Positions 46,465 to 59,104 of a stretch of DNA of 64,000 bases are shown here, in pieces. Position 1 is the first letter of the stretch, and every line of letters starts with the position of its first letter. Where the stretch lies: the NCBI RefSeq assembly GCF_039654945.1, contig NW_027361684.1, positions 52,452,001 through 52,516,000 on the forward strand. The letters run 5' to 3'. The translations under genes were made by a program, and so were the position numbers. This DNA comes from Dendrobates tinctorius (lineage: Eukaryota). A model generated the notes under the pieces. The model did not search any database. It was given only the letters and a program-made list of their open reading frames with translations, and was not told where the DNA came from.

Positions 46465-48052
46465 CCCCTTAATGACCGCAAATATGTCTTTTAACTGACG
46501 TGAGATATAAGAGAATAGCATCCCCATACAGGTGACAATCCAGCAGCTGTTGGCTGTACACTATAGCTGACAAATTGCTGCATCAGCCACAATCAGTGTT
46601 TGCACCGTCCAAATCATTTTAACCCCTTAGATGCTGCTGTTAATAGTGACAACATCATATAAATGGTTAACAGAGTGTGGGGGCTTCCTCTTTATCCCCA
46701 TCGGCACCCTGAGATCATGATTGTGTGGTCCTGATGTTTGCCATGGCAATTCAGGACCAAATAGTGGCCTTAGAGCCTGACGGCTGTTGTAACCTGTTCA
46801 GAAGTTAGCGGCATTTAGGTAGTAAAAAACACACTTTTTCATTTCTGTCATGCCACTTTGCATTAATGCCTGAAAATGACCTGAAGGATTAATAAACTAC
46901 CTGACTGCAGTTCTCAATATGTCAGGGGGTGCCGTTTTTAAAATGGTATAACTTTTGGGGGTTTTCCAATATATTGCACCCCCAAAGTCACTTCAAACCT
47001 GGATAGGTCCCTAAAAAAATTTTTTTGTAAATTTCCTTGATAAAATGAAAAATTACTACTACATTTTTAGACCTCCTAAAATGCTAACAAAATAAATGAA
47101 CTTTTTACAAATGGTGCTGATGTAAAGCAGGCATGTGGAAAATGTTATTTATTAATGTTTTTGTGTGATATGACAATCTGGATTAAAGGGATAAGCATTC
47201 AAAGTTTGAAAATTGCTAATTTTTTAACATTTTTCTTAAATTTCTGATATTTTTTATAAATAAAAACAAAACATATTGACCTAAATTTACCGTTATCATA
47301 AAGTACAATGTGTCACGAAAAAACATTCTCAAAATCACTGGGATTTGTTGAAGCGTTCCAGAGTTATTACCACATAAAGCAGAGTAGGTATTGGTGTGCA
47401 CTCAAGGTCACTGTAGAAGCGAGGTGCTGGTAGAACGGACCGTGGTGGTCCCTGAAATAAGTAGCAAAAATTCACCGCACACTCTAATGAAATAGTTTGC
47501 AACCAACAGTGGAATTTTATTTTTGACAAACAGATAAGTGCCAAGTAACAAAAATTGTTCCAAAACCCAGTAAAATAGAAACACCTGATGTTTCGACCCT
47601 CCCGGGTCTTAATCATGGGGCTTACTTGGGTTCAAGCGGAATGGGAGCCAGGGTTAGAGAATAGCCATATATAAGCTTCCATGCAGGTAATGGTAGGCTG
47701 TAAATAAATGGTCACCTTTGGAGGATATGGAGTATACCATGTAGTGATAGGTAATAGGTTAGCGGTAACCTTAAGAGGCTTGAAAAACAGGCCCGGTAGA
47801 GTCCTATGCAAAAAAAAAAGGCTTTGCTTTTAGTGTGTAATTTTTTTTTTTCGTATCCGGTATGGTAAGACATATGCCAGGGAAGCAGGGAGCAAGCATA
47901 TCCCGGACGGTCCTACAGCCTCAGGACGCAGTTTCCACCGCTGGCCACCTATGATTGGCACTACTCTGACTATAAGTATGCAGCAATACATATATCTTAC
48001 CACATAGTGACACTGGTCAGATTTAAAAAATTTGGCTCCGTCACTAAGGGGT
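46465..48052. mobile_element. Non-autonomous piggyBac-like element
   Basis: TTAA-CCCCTTAATGAC ... GTCACTAAGGGG-TTAA. Confidence 0.8.
47377..47996 (-). mobile_element. Penelope-like insertion with hammerhead-like motif
   Basis: 10-bp TSD TTACCACATA (47367-47376 and 47997-48006); motif at 47582-47620. Confidence 0.7.
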
Positions 48053-48454
48053 TAAAGTAGGGATAGTCTGAGCTGAAAGTAAGAAAATAATGGAAATGTA
48101 CAGTGTAAAGTAAGCAAGTGGCGAAAGGTGCCCGACACTACGCATTAAAGAGAACCTGTCATGTCATTTCAAGCCTCTAAAACTGTCCCCAGTACGTGGT
48201 TAATGATGCAATGTGCATCACTAACACATTTTTTAAATTAAAAATGGAGCTGTAATGATGTCTATAAAGCACTTTATATAGTTACATCGTACTTGCTCAT
48301 TTAGTCTTGCTTCATTTTTTATTCAGTCACGAGCATCGCCGCCCACTCAATTTGATTGATTTCCCTGGTTGAGCCAACATCACTGGAGTCCTGCCATTCA
48401 TCAGTGTGGCGCATGGAGCTGCGCTTGCGCAGTGTCGAGTGGCAGTCGCGCTTT

Positions 48455-51400
48455 TTATTATTATTATTATTTATAAAGCACCATTGGTTCCATGGTGCTG
48501 AACATGAGAAGGGGTTACATACGAATTACAGATATCACTTACAGTAAACAAACTAACAATCACAGACTGATATAGAGGGGAGAGAGGACCCTGCCCTTTC
48601 GGGCTTACATGCTACAGGATGATGGGGAAGGAGACAGTAGGGTGGGGGGTTGCAGCAGCTCCAGTGGGGCAGGGAATTCCAGAGGATTGGGGCTATTCAG
48701 GAGAAGTCTTGGTGGCGATTGGTTGAGGAGCGAATAAGTGTGGAGGAGAGAAGGAGGTCTTGGGAGGACCGGAGATTATGTGAGGGAAAGTATCGGGAGA
48801 TTAGTTCAGAGATGTAAGGAGGAGACAGGTTGTAGATGGCCTTGTAGGTCAGTATTAGTAATTTGAATCGGATACGCTGAGGGAATGGGAGCCAGTGAAG
48901 AGATTTGCAGAGGGGAGAAGCGGAGTAGAGAAGACAGAGATGAATTAGTCAGGCAGCAGAGTTGAGGATGGACTAGAGAGGTGCAAGGGCAGGGAGGCAA
49001 CAGAAAAGGATGTTGCAGTAGTAGAGGCTGGAGATGTTGAGGACATGCACAAGTAGTTTAGTAGATTGAGGGTTGAGGAAGGGACGGATTCTGGAAATAT
49101 TTTTGAGTTGGAGGCGACAGGAGGTGGAGAGAGCTTGGATGTGCGGTTTGAAGGACAGGGCAGAGTCAAGGGTTACTCCAAGGCAGCAGACCTCCGTTAC
49201 AGGGGAAAGCGTGATGTCAATTGTTATAGAAAGGTCGGGTAAGGAAGATCTGTGGGAAGGGGAAAGATGTTTAGTTAAGATTTGTCCACATTGAGTTTGA
49301 GGAAGCGAGAGGAGAAGGAGGATATGGCTGATAGACACTCTGGGATTCTGGAGAGCAGAGAGGTGACGTCTGGGCCAGAGAGGTAGATCTGAGTATCATC
49401 AGCATAATGGTGGTACTGGAATCCGAGGAACTTTACGAGTTGCCCCAGGCCAAGTGTATAAATTGAGAAGAGTAGGGGTCCTAGAACAGAGCCTTGGGGG
49501 ACTCCAACAGAGAGAGAGTGGGATGAGGAGGTATTGTGGCAGTGGGAGATGCTGAATGTGCGGTTGGAAAGGTATGAGGAGATCCAGGATAGGGCGAGGT
49601 CTTTGATGCCAAAGGAGGAGAGGATCTGTAGTAGGAGGCAGTGGTCAACTGTGTCGAAAGCAGAGGACAGATCCAGAAGGAGGAGTATAGAGTATTGTCC
49701 GTTAGCTTTGGAAGTAAGTAGGTCATTGGTAATTTTGGTCAGGGCTGTCTCAGTGGAATGATGGGGGCAGAAGCCAGATTGTAGATTGTCAAAGAGCAAG
49801 TTAGATGAGAGGTGGGAGGAAAGTTCAGCGTGGACATGCTGCTCCAGGAGTCTAGAAGCGAATGGAAGTAGCGATATTGGGCGATAGCTGGACGTGGCTG
49901 TTGGATCAAGGGTTGGCTTTTTAAGGATAGGTGTGATTGTAGCATGTTTGAAAGCAGAAGGGAAGGTACCAGAAGTTAGTGATAGTTTGAAGAGGTGAGT
50001 TAGGGATGGGATAAGAGTGGTGGTGATGTTGGGGAGGAGTTGGGATGGATCGGGTCAAGTGCACAAGTGGTGAGGTGTAATTTGGAGAGGTGAGCAAGCT
50101 CCCCTTCAGTGATGTTAGATAAGGAGGTTATGGGGCATTGGTCTGGTTTGCAAAGGGGTCGTGGTGGTTGAGGAATAAAGACTTGCTGTGTTTGGTCTAT
50201 CTTGTTTTTGAAGTGTGCGGCAAAGAACTCGGCCAAGATTAGGGAAGTCGGAGGGGGCAGTGGTGGGGCAGTGGTGAGCGGAGGAGGGAGTTAAAAGTAT
50301 TGAACAAATGTTTGGGGTTGTGGGATAAGGAAGATACAAGGGAAGATACAAGGGATGTAAAGTAGGCCTGTTTAGCAGAGGTGAGGGCAGATTTGAGTGC
50401 AAGTGTTGCTAGTTTGAGTGCAGTGAAGTCGTCTTGCGAATGTGTTTTCTTCCAGTGCTGTTCTGCAATTCTGGATGCTTGCCGAAGCTTTTTAGTGATG
50501 TTATTGTGCCAGGGTTGTCTATTGATTCGTCGCACTCTGTTATGCATGACAGAAGCGACCGAGTCGATGGCTGATGCAAGAGTGGCATTGTAGAAAGTAG
50601 TGTCAGTGTCGTGGAGTGAAGATAGAGGACAGTGGTAGAATAGAGTCAGAGACTGTGCGAGTGTCTAGATGTGCGAGGTTTCTGCGGGGGTGCGCATGCT
50701 GCTGGACATGGGTGACAGGTGAGGACAGGGATGAGAAAGGGAGTAGATGGCGGTCAGATAGAGGAAGAGGGTAGGTGGTGAAGTTACAAAGAGAGCAGAG
50801 GCGGGTGAAGACCAGGTCTAATGTGTGTCTGTCTGTGTGGGTGGCTGAGGAGGACCACTAAGTCCAAAAGATGAAGTAAGGGACAGGAGTTTGGAGGCAG
50901 CTGACTGGTGGGTGTCGATGGGGATGTTAAAGTCACCCATGATGATGGTGGGAATGTCAGTAGAGAGGAAATGAAGGAGCCAGGTAGATGTCACGGCCGC
51001 CGCTGATACTCACCTGCCGTGTCCTGTGCGCACCTCCCGGCGTGCACCCGCTCCCCGGCGCGTCCCCGCTGCTGACCTCCAGCCTCCCCGACGTCGCTCC
51101 CACGCTCCTCTGGCCGGAGCTCTGACGGCGTCATGTGACACTGTGGCTCCGCCCCCAACATGGCGGCGCCGCGTCATGTGATGCGGTGGCTCCGCCCCCA
51201 ACATGGCGGCGCCCATCAGCTATTTCTGGCAGGCGTCTCCCCAGGTAAGACGCCTGTGAATCGTTCTCGGACTGCTGTCCTTTTGGCCAGCGCCCTGCAC
51301 GCTCTCAGGCCCTGCTACACTTCTCCTCCTACCCCTGCTCTGTTAGGTTTCCTTGACTGTTCTCTCTCGGTTCGCTCCTCTGGCTGTTCCGTTTCCCTGT

Positions 51401-52560
51401 CTCCTTCCCGGTGTGCTAGCGCCCTGTGGACTCCTTGTCCGTGCCCTCTCTCACCCGCTCTCTCCTTCTGTCTCCTACCACTGACCTCCCGTGCCGCTGC
51501 TCCGCTGACTCTCCACCCTAGTTCCTCTGGTGCTCACCCAGTCGCCCCTTTGGCTCCGGCTGTCACGGTTCCATCCCTTGTGGGCCTGCCCCTAACACTC
51601 CCTGTATAGGGGGTGGCTCCACCTGGTCTAGCTCACCCGCAGGGGCTCTGGGGCCATGACCCAGAGGGTCCACTCCGTGTTGCTCTCCTTGTTTTCTGCC
51701 ACCCGTAACACTCCGTAACAGTAGAGAATTGGTCAATGAAGGCAGTGGTCGGGCCCGGAGATCGGTATATGACAGCCACTTGGAGGTTGGAGGGAGAATA
51801 GATGCGGACAGAGTGGACTACAAAAGAGGGGAGGACAAGGGAGGGAAGAGGTGGGATTGGGTTGAAGGTGCAGTTGGAAGAAAGGAGAAGGCCAACTCCT
51901 CCACCAAGTCTGTTGCCAGAGCGAGGAGTGTGGGTGAAGTGGAGGCTGCCGTAACTAAGCGCAGCAGGGGAGGTGGTGTCGGAGGGTGTCAGCCATGTTT
52001 CGGTGAGGCAAAAGGAAGGAAAACTTACGAGAGGTAAAGAGGTCGTGAATCACATGGAGTTTATTGCAGACGGAGCAGGCATTTCAGAGTGATCCAGAGA
52101 GTGGGAGCAGGGTGGTGGTTGTCATGGGCATGGATCTGAGGTGGGAAAGATCTCTGATGTTTATGTTTGTTTTGGTACGATAGAAGGGGGTAATAATGGG
52201 AGGTATGAGCTGTGGGGGTCCAGGGTTGGTAGATATGACGCCAGCAGTGAGGAGAAGCAGAGAGAGGGAGAGTATGTGGGAGGAGGGTGGGTGGCTTGTT
52301 TTGTATTTTATTAGGAGAGCTCTGAGGTTGAGGAGCAGTTCAGCAGAGGAGGTCAGGTGGGGAGGCAAGAGGGAAGGAGAGATTACTATTTGGTTAGCGG
52401 GTGCTGGAGTGTGCGGATAGCCAAGGAGAGTGAGGATTAATAGAGCCAAAACTGTCAGCATGGTGAGGGTAATTTAGAAGGCAAAACAAATTTAGTACAT
52501 CTAAACGCAGTGGTTAGTCGTTCCTTCTGGTCACTTCAGGCATATTTCAGAATTTATCCT
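48455..52560 (-). mobile_element. Near full-length degenerate L2 LINE
   Basis: (TTA)n tail at 48455; RT motifs [37 protein letters not shown]; APE fragments; 2A-like GVISTNPGP. Confidence 0.92.
50989..51720 (+). mobile_element. Solo LTR inside the L2 endonuclease region
   Basis: TGTCACGG...CCGTAACA with 5-bp TSD GTAGA. Confidence 0.9.
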
Positions 52561-52765
52561 TAGAAGATAAGCTTGCGCAGTGTGTAGCATGGAGCCAGCT
52601 ATGCATGTGCAATGTTGAGTGGGAAGCTGTGCACGCGGGGGATTCCAGTGACGTCGGTGCAACCAGAGAAAACAATCAAATTAAGTTGGCGGCTATGCCC
52701 TTGACTGAACAGAAAATTAAGCACATCACTATAACTAAATGAGCAAGTACGATAAAACTATATAA

Positions 52766-53202
52766 GGCTAGTTTCACACTAGCGTCACAGGGCGAAGCGC
52801 ACGGCCGCCGCTAAGCTCCGCCCCAGCTGCACCCCCTCCGGTCGGCTCCTCCTTTGATCGCATGACGCTGCATGCGATCAGTGTACCCTATATTTAGCGT
52901 TGGGTATGCTGGTCGTGTGCTGGCACACTTTTCCCGGCGTATTCGCCCTTTTGGAGCTGCGCCAACGTGCGCCAAACGCACTGTGTTGCATTTTTCTGCC
53001 CTCGACGCAGCGCCAAAGGGGCGGATGCGCTGGCAAAAGTGTGCCAGTGCATGACCAGCGTACTCAACGCTAAATATAGGGTACGCTGATCGCATGCAGC
53101 GTCATGCGATCAGAGGAGGAGCTGACCGGAGTGGGTGCGGCCAGGGGCGGCGCTTAGCGGCAGCCATGCACTGTGCCCTGTAACGCTAGTGTGAAACTAG
53201 CC
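52766..53202. mobile_element. Harbinger MITE (palindromic)
   Basis: Perfect TIR GGCTAGTTTCACACTAGCGT; TAA on the left flank. Confidence 0.9.
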
Positions 53203-53205
53203 CGA

Positions 53206-53553
53206 GTCTGTGTGCCCACGTAGCGTTTAAGCATTTCCGCTGCGTTTTTAAACGCACAATTCTGCCGCGGAAACGCTTAAGAAAAGCATTCCATTCAATC
53301 ATAATTGAAAACGCACATGTTGTGGAATCGCTTAGCTGTAAAAAACACAGCATGTTCTTTAATTTTGCGGAATCGCACACGATTCCGCATACCATCAATT
53401 GTACGGGCAAAAACGCATAGGAAAACGCATGCTAAAACGCTTGACAAACGCTTAAAAAAGCGCGTCAAAAACCACATGCGTTTTCCCGGGAGCAGGGTGT
53501 GCGATTCTGCTCAGGAATATTCTGCTTCAGAATCGCTTCGTGGGCACATAGCC
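53206..53553. mobile_element. Harbinger MITE, second family
   Basis: GTCTGTGTGCCCACG ... CGTGGGCACATAGCC-TAA; AAACGC motifs. Confidence 0.8.
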
Positions 53554-53578
53554 TAAAGCGCTTTTTGGACGTCATTAC

Positions 53579-53830
53579 TAGAGATGAGCAAATTTGTTCA
53601 GATTCGGTTCCGAATACAATCGGAATCAAATTTTATTTTTGCAATATTCGTTGAACACAGCCAAACGTCATTAGAGTCAAAAGGAGTAAAAATTGCCGAA
53701 TATGTTTGGAACCGATCATAAGACATACATTCAGCACAAATAGTGTTCGAGTATGGCCCGAATATGTCAAAATAGAGAAACAAAAGCATAAGCAGTATGG
53801 AGCCATAGACATTCAATTTATTCTACAAAC
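53579..53830. mobile_element. hAT-type terminus fragment
   Basis: TAGAGATGAGC terminus followed by TTCG/CGAA-rich subterminal sequence. Confidence 0.5.
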
Positions 53831-56800
53831 CAAACTGTAGCAACAGAAAGAAATTTACCGTAATTGGAATTTAAAAAAAACATTCCATATAAAGATATAA
53901 TTTTAACACATTTGCGTTGGTGCCCTCTGGTGTTTTTTTATTCCATCCTAAAACATCTATTGGGTACAGTACTTTTTTTTTTACATGGATTTTGAAAAAT
54001 CTGCTTTAAAATCCACATCAAAAGGATTTTGATACGGATCCACTTCAAAATCTACTTAAAGAAAAAAAACATTGAAAATTGAATTTAGAAAGCACCAGGA
54101 AGCATTGTATAACAGTGATGTCTAAACAAATGCATTTTTTAAGCAATTCAAAAACATTTGATTATCCAACAGAGAAATGCAATATCTATTCAAGAGGCAA
54201 CCCCTCTAACTAAAGATACCCCAACATGCACTAAGACAACCATTGTATACAGCAAACATTTACCACGTGCATTGCTTCCTTCACCCTGGGGATTCTAGCC
54301 ACATACTTTTACTTTTGTTCTGCCTTTTAAACAATTACAGAAAAATAACTTCACTAGCGAATATTTCACAAACCTTCAATTTTATTATCATTGTTAAGTT
54401 TTTGTTTCTGAACTGATGTTCAGTTCCAATTAATTTTTGTCTTTAATTTGGGTGAGATTTACCGCCTTTCCATATTTACTGTAAATTCACAAAACAAAAT
54501 GAAAGACAACCGAGATGTTATCATTTGCAGAGCAGATTACAAAATAAATGATCCGAATAGCTGCGGTGATCAACTAGTTCTTATAAACAAGGCCACTAAT
54601 TATTGTTCCTGGTTTTAGTAGGGCTGAGTTTGAGGTGCAATAATAGGAAGATTTCAGTGGGTATACAAAAACATCATGCAGTCATAAATGTCAAACAGCT
54701 TAAAAATGTTTTTTAAAAAAAATCATAACTTGTTATTGTTCCAACCAAGTATATGTGACAGAGAGGGAACAGTAGGCTGTGGGAAGGAGAATGAACAATA
54801 AAGGGTACAGTAATTGCTCTTCATTGTATTGCAGAATGAAAAGCAAATATATATTGTATATACTGCATGTTTTTCATTCTGGAATACAAAGAAAAGCAAA
54901 TACTCTACCCTTTATTTACCTATATATATCTTTATTTTTTTCATATAACATGTCCTAGAAGCAGCAGGGCAGTCATTATTGTGACCTGGTCCCCCACCTT
55001 AAAGGGAATCCGTCAACACTTTTTTGGGATATCATGTAAAAATATCATTCATTTTAGCGTCACCTCTGCAGTCTACAAGTACTTTTGATACCCCTTGACT
55101 CCCCACCAATGGTTTCGAACATAATCTTTCATTGCATGCGACTCAGTGCAACACTGCATGCGCATGCTCGCAGAGCAAGAAGAAACGAATGGGTCGAAGG
55201 CCGACAAAATACAGGTCCTGGCCCAAGCACTGGGGTCTACGGGTATCTGTACAGGAGCTGGATAAAAGGCAATCGAGGCCGTAAGCCTGAGGTTCACCAC
55301 TGCTGCTTTAGTGGAACAAAACAATGGAAAGGTTTAATGAGCAGGACATTGGAGAGGGTTAGCTATAGTGTGAACAGAGCCCTAAAAGGGGATGTCCATT
55401 TTTTCCCCAACATTTTCATTATGTCGCCATAATGGGAAGAAAAAAAAAATAGTATAGTTAGGGGAGTGTAGTCAGGGATGTGGTCCCTTCACTTTGCAGA
55501 GGCGCACTGTGCCCATTAAATAATGTTTTCCTTTTTCGCTTCTTCAGATGTTCAAAGGTATGCTTCAGAGGAGAAGCTGCCAGTCTGAGCAGGCAGCCAT
55601 ATCTCTGATGCTGGCATTCACAGGAAATAACAAAATATTAAACATCTGGATGTATTTTACTAACTGCTTGCTGCTGTCAAAGACGTTAAAAGGCTCTGCA
55701 ATGAGCATAGAAACATATCTGAATGACAGTGCCCCGGGATGACCACAAAATATCGAAATTTCATTTCAGAATCTGTAACATTGAGCCATGTAAAATACGT
55801 GATATACAGAGGACTGACACATTGCCAGGAGGACATTTTTTGCCATCATAAGCCTTCTACTCAGCAAATAAAGAAAACTCAAATCTAAAAACTGCCAAAT
55901 ACATGTAACAAAGCAGCACAGGGTGGTAGTCATGGGTGAGAGCCTTAAGCAACAGTCAGTGAGCACCTCGGCACCTTGTACATGGAAAGATAAGTGAAGT
56001 CCCAGTCCTGTGGTACAGTCAGTACCTTCATCACACGTTTACTTCGGTTGTAGAGGACCAGATCTCAGAAAACACCACAAGCCACAGTTCTGTTCCAACG
56101 ATAAAACTTTACTGAACAGTCACAACCGTGGCACGGTACAAACAAGGCAAGGTTTCCTGTACTTTCCCTGCGGCCTCGGTATGTTGCACGCCACCAACAC
56201 CTATCCTGGACCCGAACCCCGCATTTCTCCTGGGGATGATCCCGCAGAGCCAGTGTCCATCCAAGCTGCCCGGCAAACTAGGGCAGCTTTTATTCCCACT
56301 ACCGGGGAATCCTCTGTCCTCGCTATGGCGCATGACTCGCCCTGGGCAAGCCTGCCTGAGCTCTGCCCTGAAGGCAGGTAATCCTCTCCCTATATCTCTG
56401 AGGAATTGCCCTGTCCCCCTTTATCTCCTCTCAACTGTTTAACCCTTAATACCCCATTCTGTCCCTGAGCTAAAGAATACATTTTATCTTATAGTAGTAA
56501 ACATCACATTATAGTACAGCACGTTACACAATGCAAGAACATTGGAAAACGGCACATTACATTAATAAAAGGTTAGGAAGCTGCACGCGGCACATGTGCT
56601 CAGTATTCAAGAGAGAGGAGGCAAGATCTGACACGTAAAATGATATAATATGCTGCATTATTGGACTATCATCGAAAAAATATAACGAAAAAGATAAAGG
56701 GCCTTATTTAGCAAAACAGTCTAAAAGAAAAAATGTCTTTACTGCAACCAAAGTTCAGCTTTAAAGAGGTTGTCCATTACTCAAACAACACTATGTCCCC

Positions 56801-57139
56801 CCCCCCCCACAAGTAAAGAAACAATAGTTTCACCAAGGCTCCTGTGACACTGTCATGTCATGTGAGCTCTGCAGCCAATCAGTGGTCAGTTCACTCTCCT
56901 TTCCCTTGGATAAATCTGACATCCTAAGGAAGTCAGAGCAGCCACAGCTCTCGGCTCCTCTGGATGTCAGATTTGTCCGAAGGAGGGTACATTGAAGCGG
57001 ACGCAGATTGGCTGCAGGGCTCATGTGGCATAATGTCATTTGACCCCCCCGGGAGAGCCATGTCGACACCGCTGGAATGGCATCTGCACCACTTTCCTAT
57101 GTATGTGCATATGCTCAAATAACCTGTCAATAACTGCCT

Positions 57140-57965
57140 TCTGGACATCTGTCAAGTCAGCAGTCTTCCCAATGATTGTCGAGCCTACTGAAACAGGCAA
57201 AGGGACCTTTGTAAATGCTTAGGAAGCCTTTGCCGGTGTGTTTTGCTAATTTTTCATAATCATCAACATTAACAGAAATAAACACTTCAAGTAGATCACT
57301 CTGCTCGTAATGACTATATATGAGTTTCACTTTTTGTATTGAAGAACTGAAATAAATTAACTTTTTAATGATATTCTAGTTTTGTGAGAAACACCTGTAT
57401 ATACTCACAGTTTTTAGAACTGCTTCACAGCTATGTTGCATAGAGTCAACCAACTTCCGGCACCTGTCAACTGTTATTCCAGCCCAGGTTGATTGGACTA
57501 CATCCCACAATTTTATGGCATTTGCTGGCTTTGCCTTAGAAACTGAATTTTTGATGTCACCCCACAAGTGTTCTATCGGATTAAGCTGGTCACTCCATAG
57601 CCTCAATTTTGTTGGACTGGAACCAAGAGTTTGCTAATTTATTGGTGTGTTTAGAGTAGTTGTCTTGTTGAAACACCCACTTCAAGGTCATATCCTCTTC
57701 ACCATAAGGCAACATGACCTCTTCAAGTATTTTAACATATGCAAACTGGTCCATGATCCCTGGTGTGCAGTAAATAAGTGCAGTCATAGTAAGAGAAACA
57801 TGCCCATATCATGATGCTTGCACCACCATGTGTTCAGCGTGTACTGTGGCTTGAATGCAGAGTTTGGGTGGTCATCTGATGAACTGTCTGTGGTCCTTGG
57901 ACCCAAAGAGAACAATTTTACTTTCATCAGTCCACAAACTGTTTCTTCATTTCTCTTTAGGCCAG
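57140..57965 (-). pseudogene. Old Tc1 transposase remnants and a Tc1-type terminus
   Basis: [20 protein letters not shown]; Tc1-type end CACCTG-TA at 57391-57398. Confidence 0.8.
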
Positions 57966-57974
57966 TTTGGCAAA

Positions 57975-58130
57975 TTGTATCCTCTTTCCTCATAAGACAG
58001 GGTTTGCAGACCGGTCACCATTCTGGTTGCTCTTTTCTGAACTTGCTCCAGTTTGTTGATGTCTTTTTTAAAATGTGGTGCCCAAAACACATAGATTCCA
58101 TCCTTGTTATAACTGTTAAAAACATGGGTC
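57975..58130 (-). pseudogene. CR1 LINE ORF2 C-terminal fragment
   Basis: FWAPHFKKDINKLEQVQKRATRMVTGLQTLSYEER. Confidence 0.85.
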
Positions 58131-58477
58131 ATATGAATTAAGCCTAAGGCCTCATTCACACATCCATGTTTAAACAGTTACATGGAAAAAATTAAACCGT
58201 TACCAAGTGTGGTAACACTCAAATCCTCATAGCGCATGCTGTGAGGATTCTCTGGTGTTGACTGTTAGGGTGGGTGGTCATGTGACCACAAGTATGTGAC
58301 TTCTATACTTCTGGCCACATTATATCTAGACATGTATTGAGTGAGTCCACAGAAGTCTAGTCTGAATATGGCTGTTAGTATGGAAATCAAATGACTTCTG
58401 GATATGGTCTGAACCCTCATTTATTAGCACATAACCCAAACTACATAAAAGACAAAAATAAATCACGGTTATAGTTA

Positions 58478-58822
58478 GGTTATGTGCACACATTGCAGAT
58501 TCACCTGTGGGTTTTTCCGCGCGGATCCGCAAGTAAAACCGCAGGTAAAGTGACCTGCGGTTTTCCTGCGGTTTAGCCCTGCGGTTTCACACCTCTACTA
58601 TGTTAAAGGTGTGAAACCGCTGCGGAAACCGCCCAAACAATTGACATGCTGCGGTTTGTAAACCGCAACAAAACCGCGCAGAAAAAACGCAGCATGAGCA
58701 CAGCGATTTTGAAAAGCCATAGGGTTACATGTTACTGTACCATGTCAGTGGAACTGCTGCGTTTCCGCAGGGCCAAAACCGCTGCGGAAACGCAGCAGAA
58801 TCCGCAACGTGTGCTCATAGCC
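58478..58822. mobile_element. Harbinger MITE
   Basis: TTA-GGTTATGTGCACAC ... GTGTGCTCATAGCC-TAA; many AAACCGC/TGCGG motifs. Confidence 0.82.
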
Positions 58823-59104
58823 TAAGAGTGTGTTGAAATACTAGGCAAGTATATTCAGAGATTCAAGGACACGTGAGATCCCAGAGCTGCCTGCCATACA
58901 GCAATCAGCAGGAAGCAATCCAGGGGAGGTACGCTATGACTTGCTACAGTAGCAAAGCCAGTCCACTTCCAGGGCTCCAATGACCCTTCTTGCAAAGATG
59001 CTCATTCCTGTGCCTTAACCCCTTTACCCCCAAGGGTGGTTTGCACGTTCATGACTGGGCCAATTTTTACAATTCTGGCCACTGTCCCTTTATGAGGTAA
59101 TAAC

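Larger units (their letters stand above)
48149..53578. mobile_element. Palindromic Kolobok-type element split by L2 and MITE insertions
   Basis: TTAA-AGAGAACCTGTCA start; 48250-48395 is inverted relative to 52640-52765 plus 53557-53578. Confidence 0.6.

Noticed and set aside
55548-55557. 10-nt microexon after a strong acceptor
   Set aside because: Splice-like signals only; too short to support.
55900-56600. Possible solo LTR
   Set aside because: LTR-like composition, but I could not find TG...CA ends with a matching TSD.
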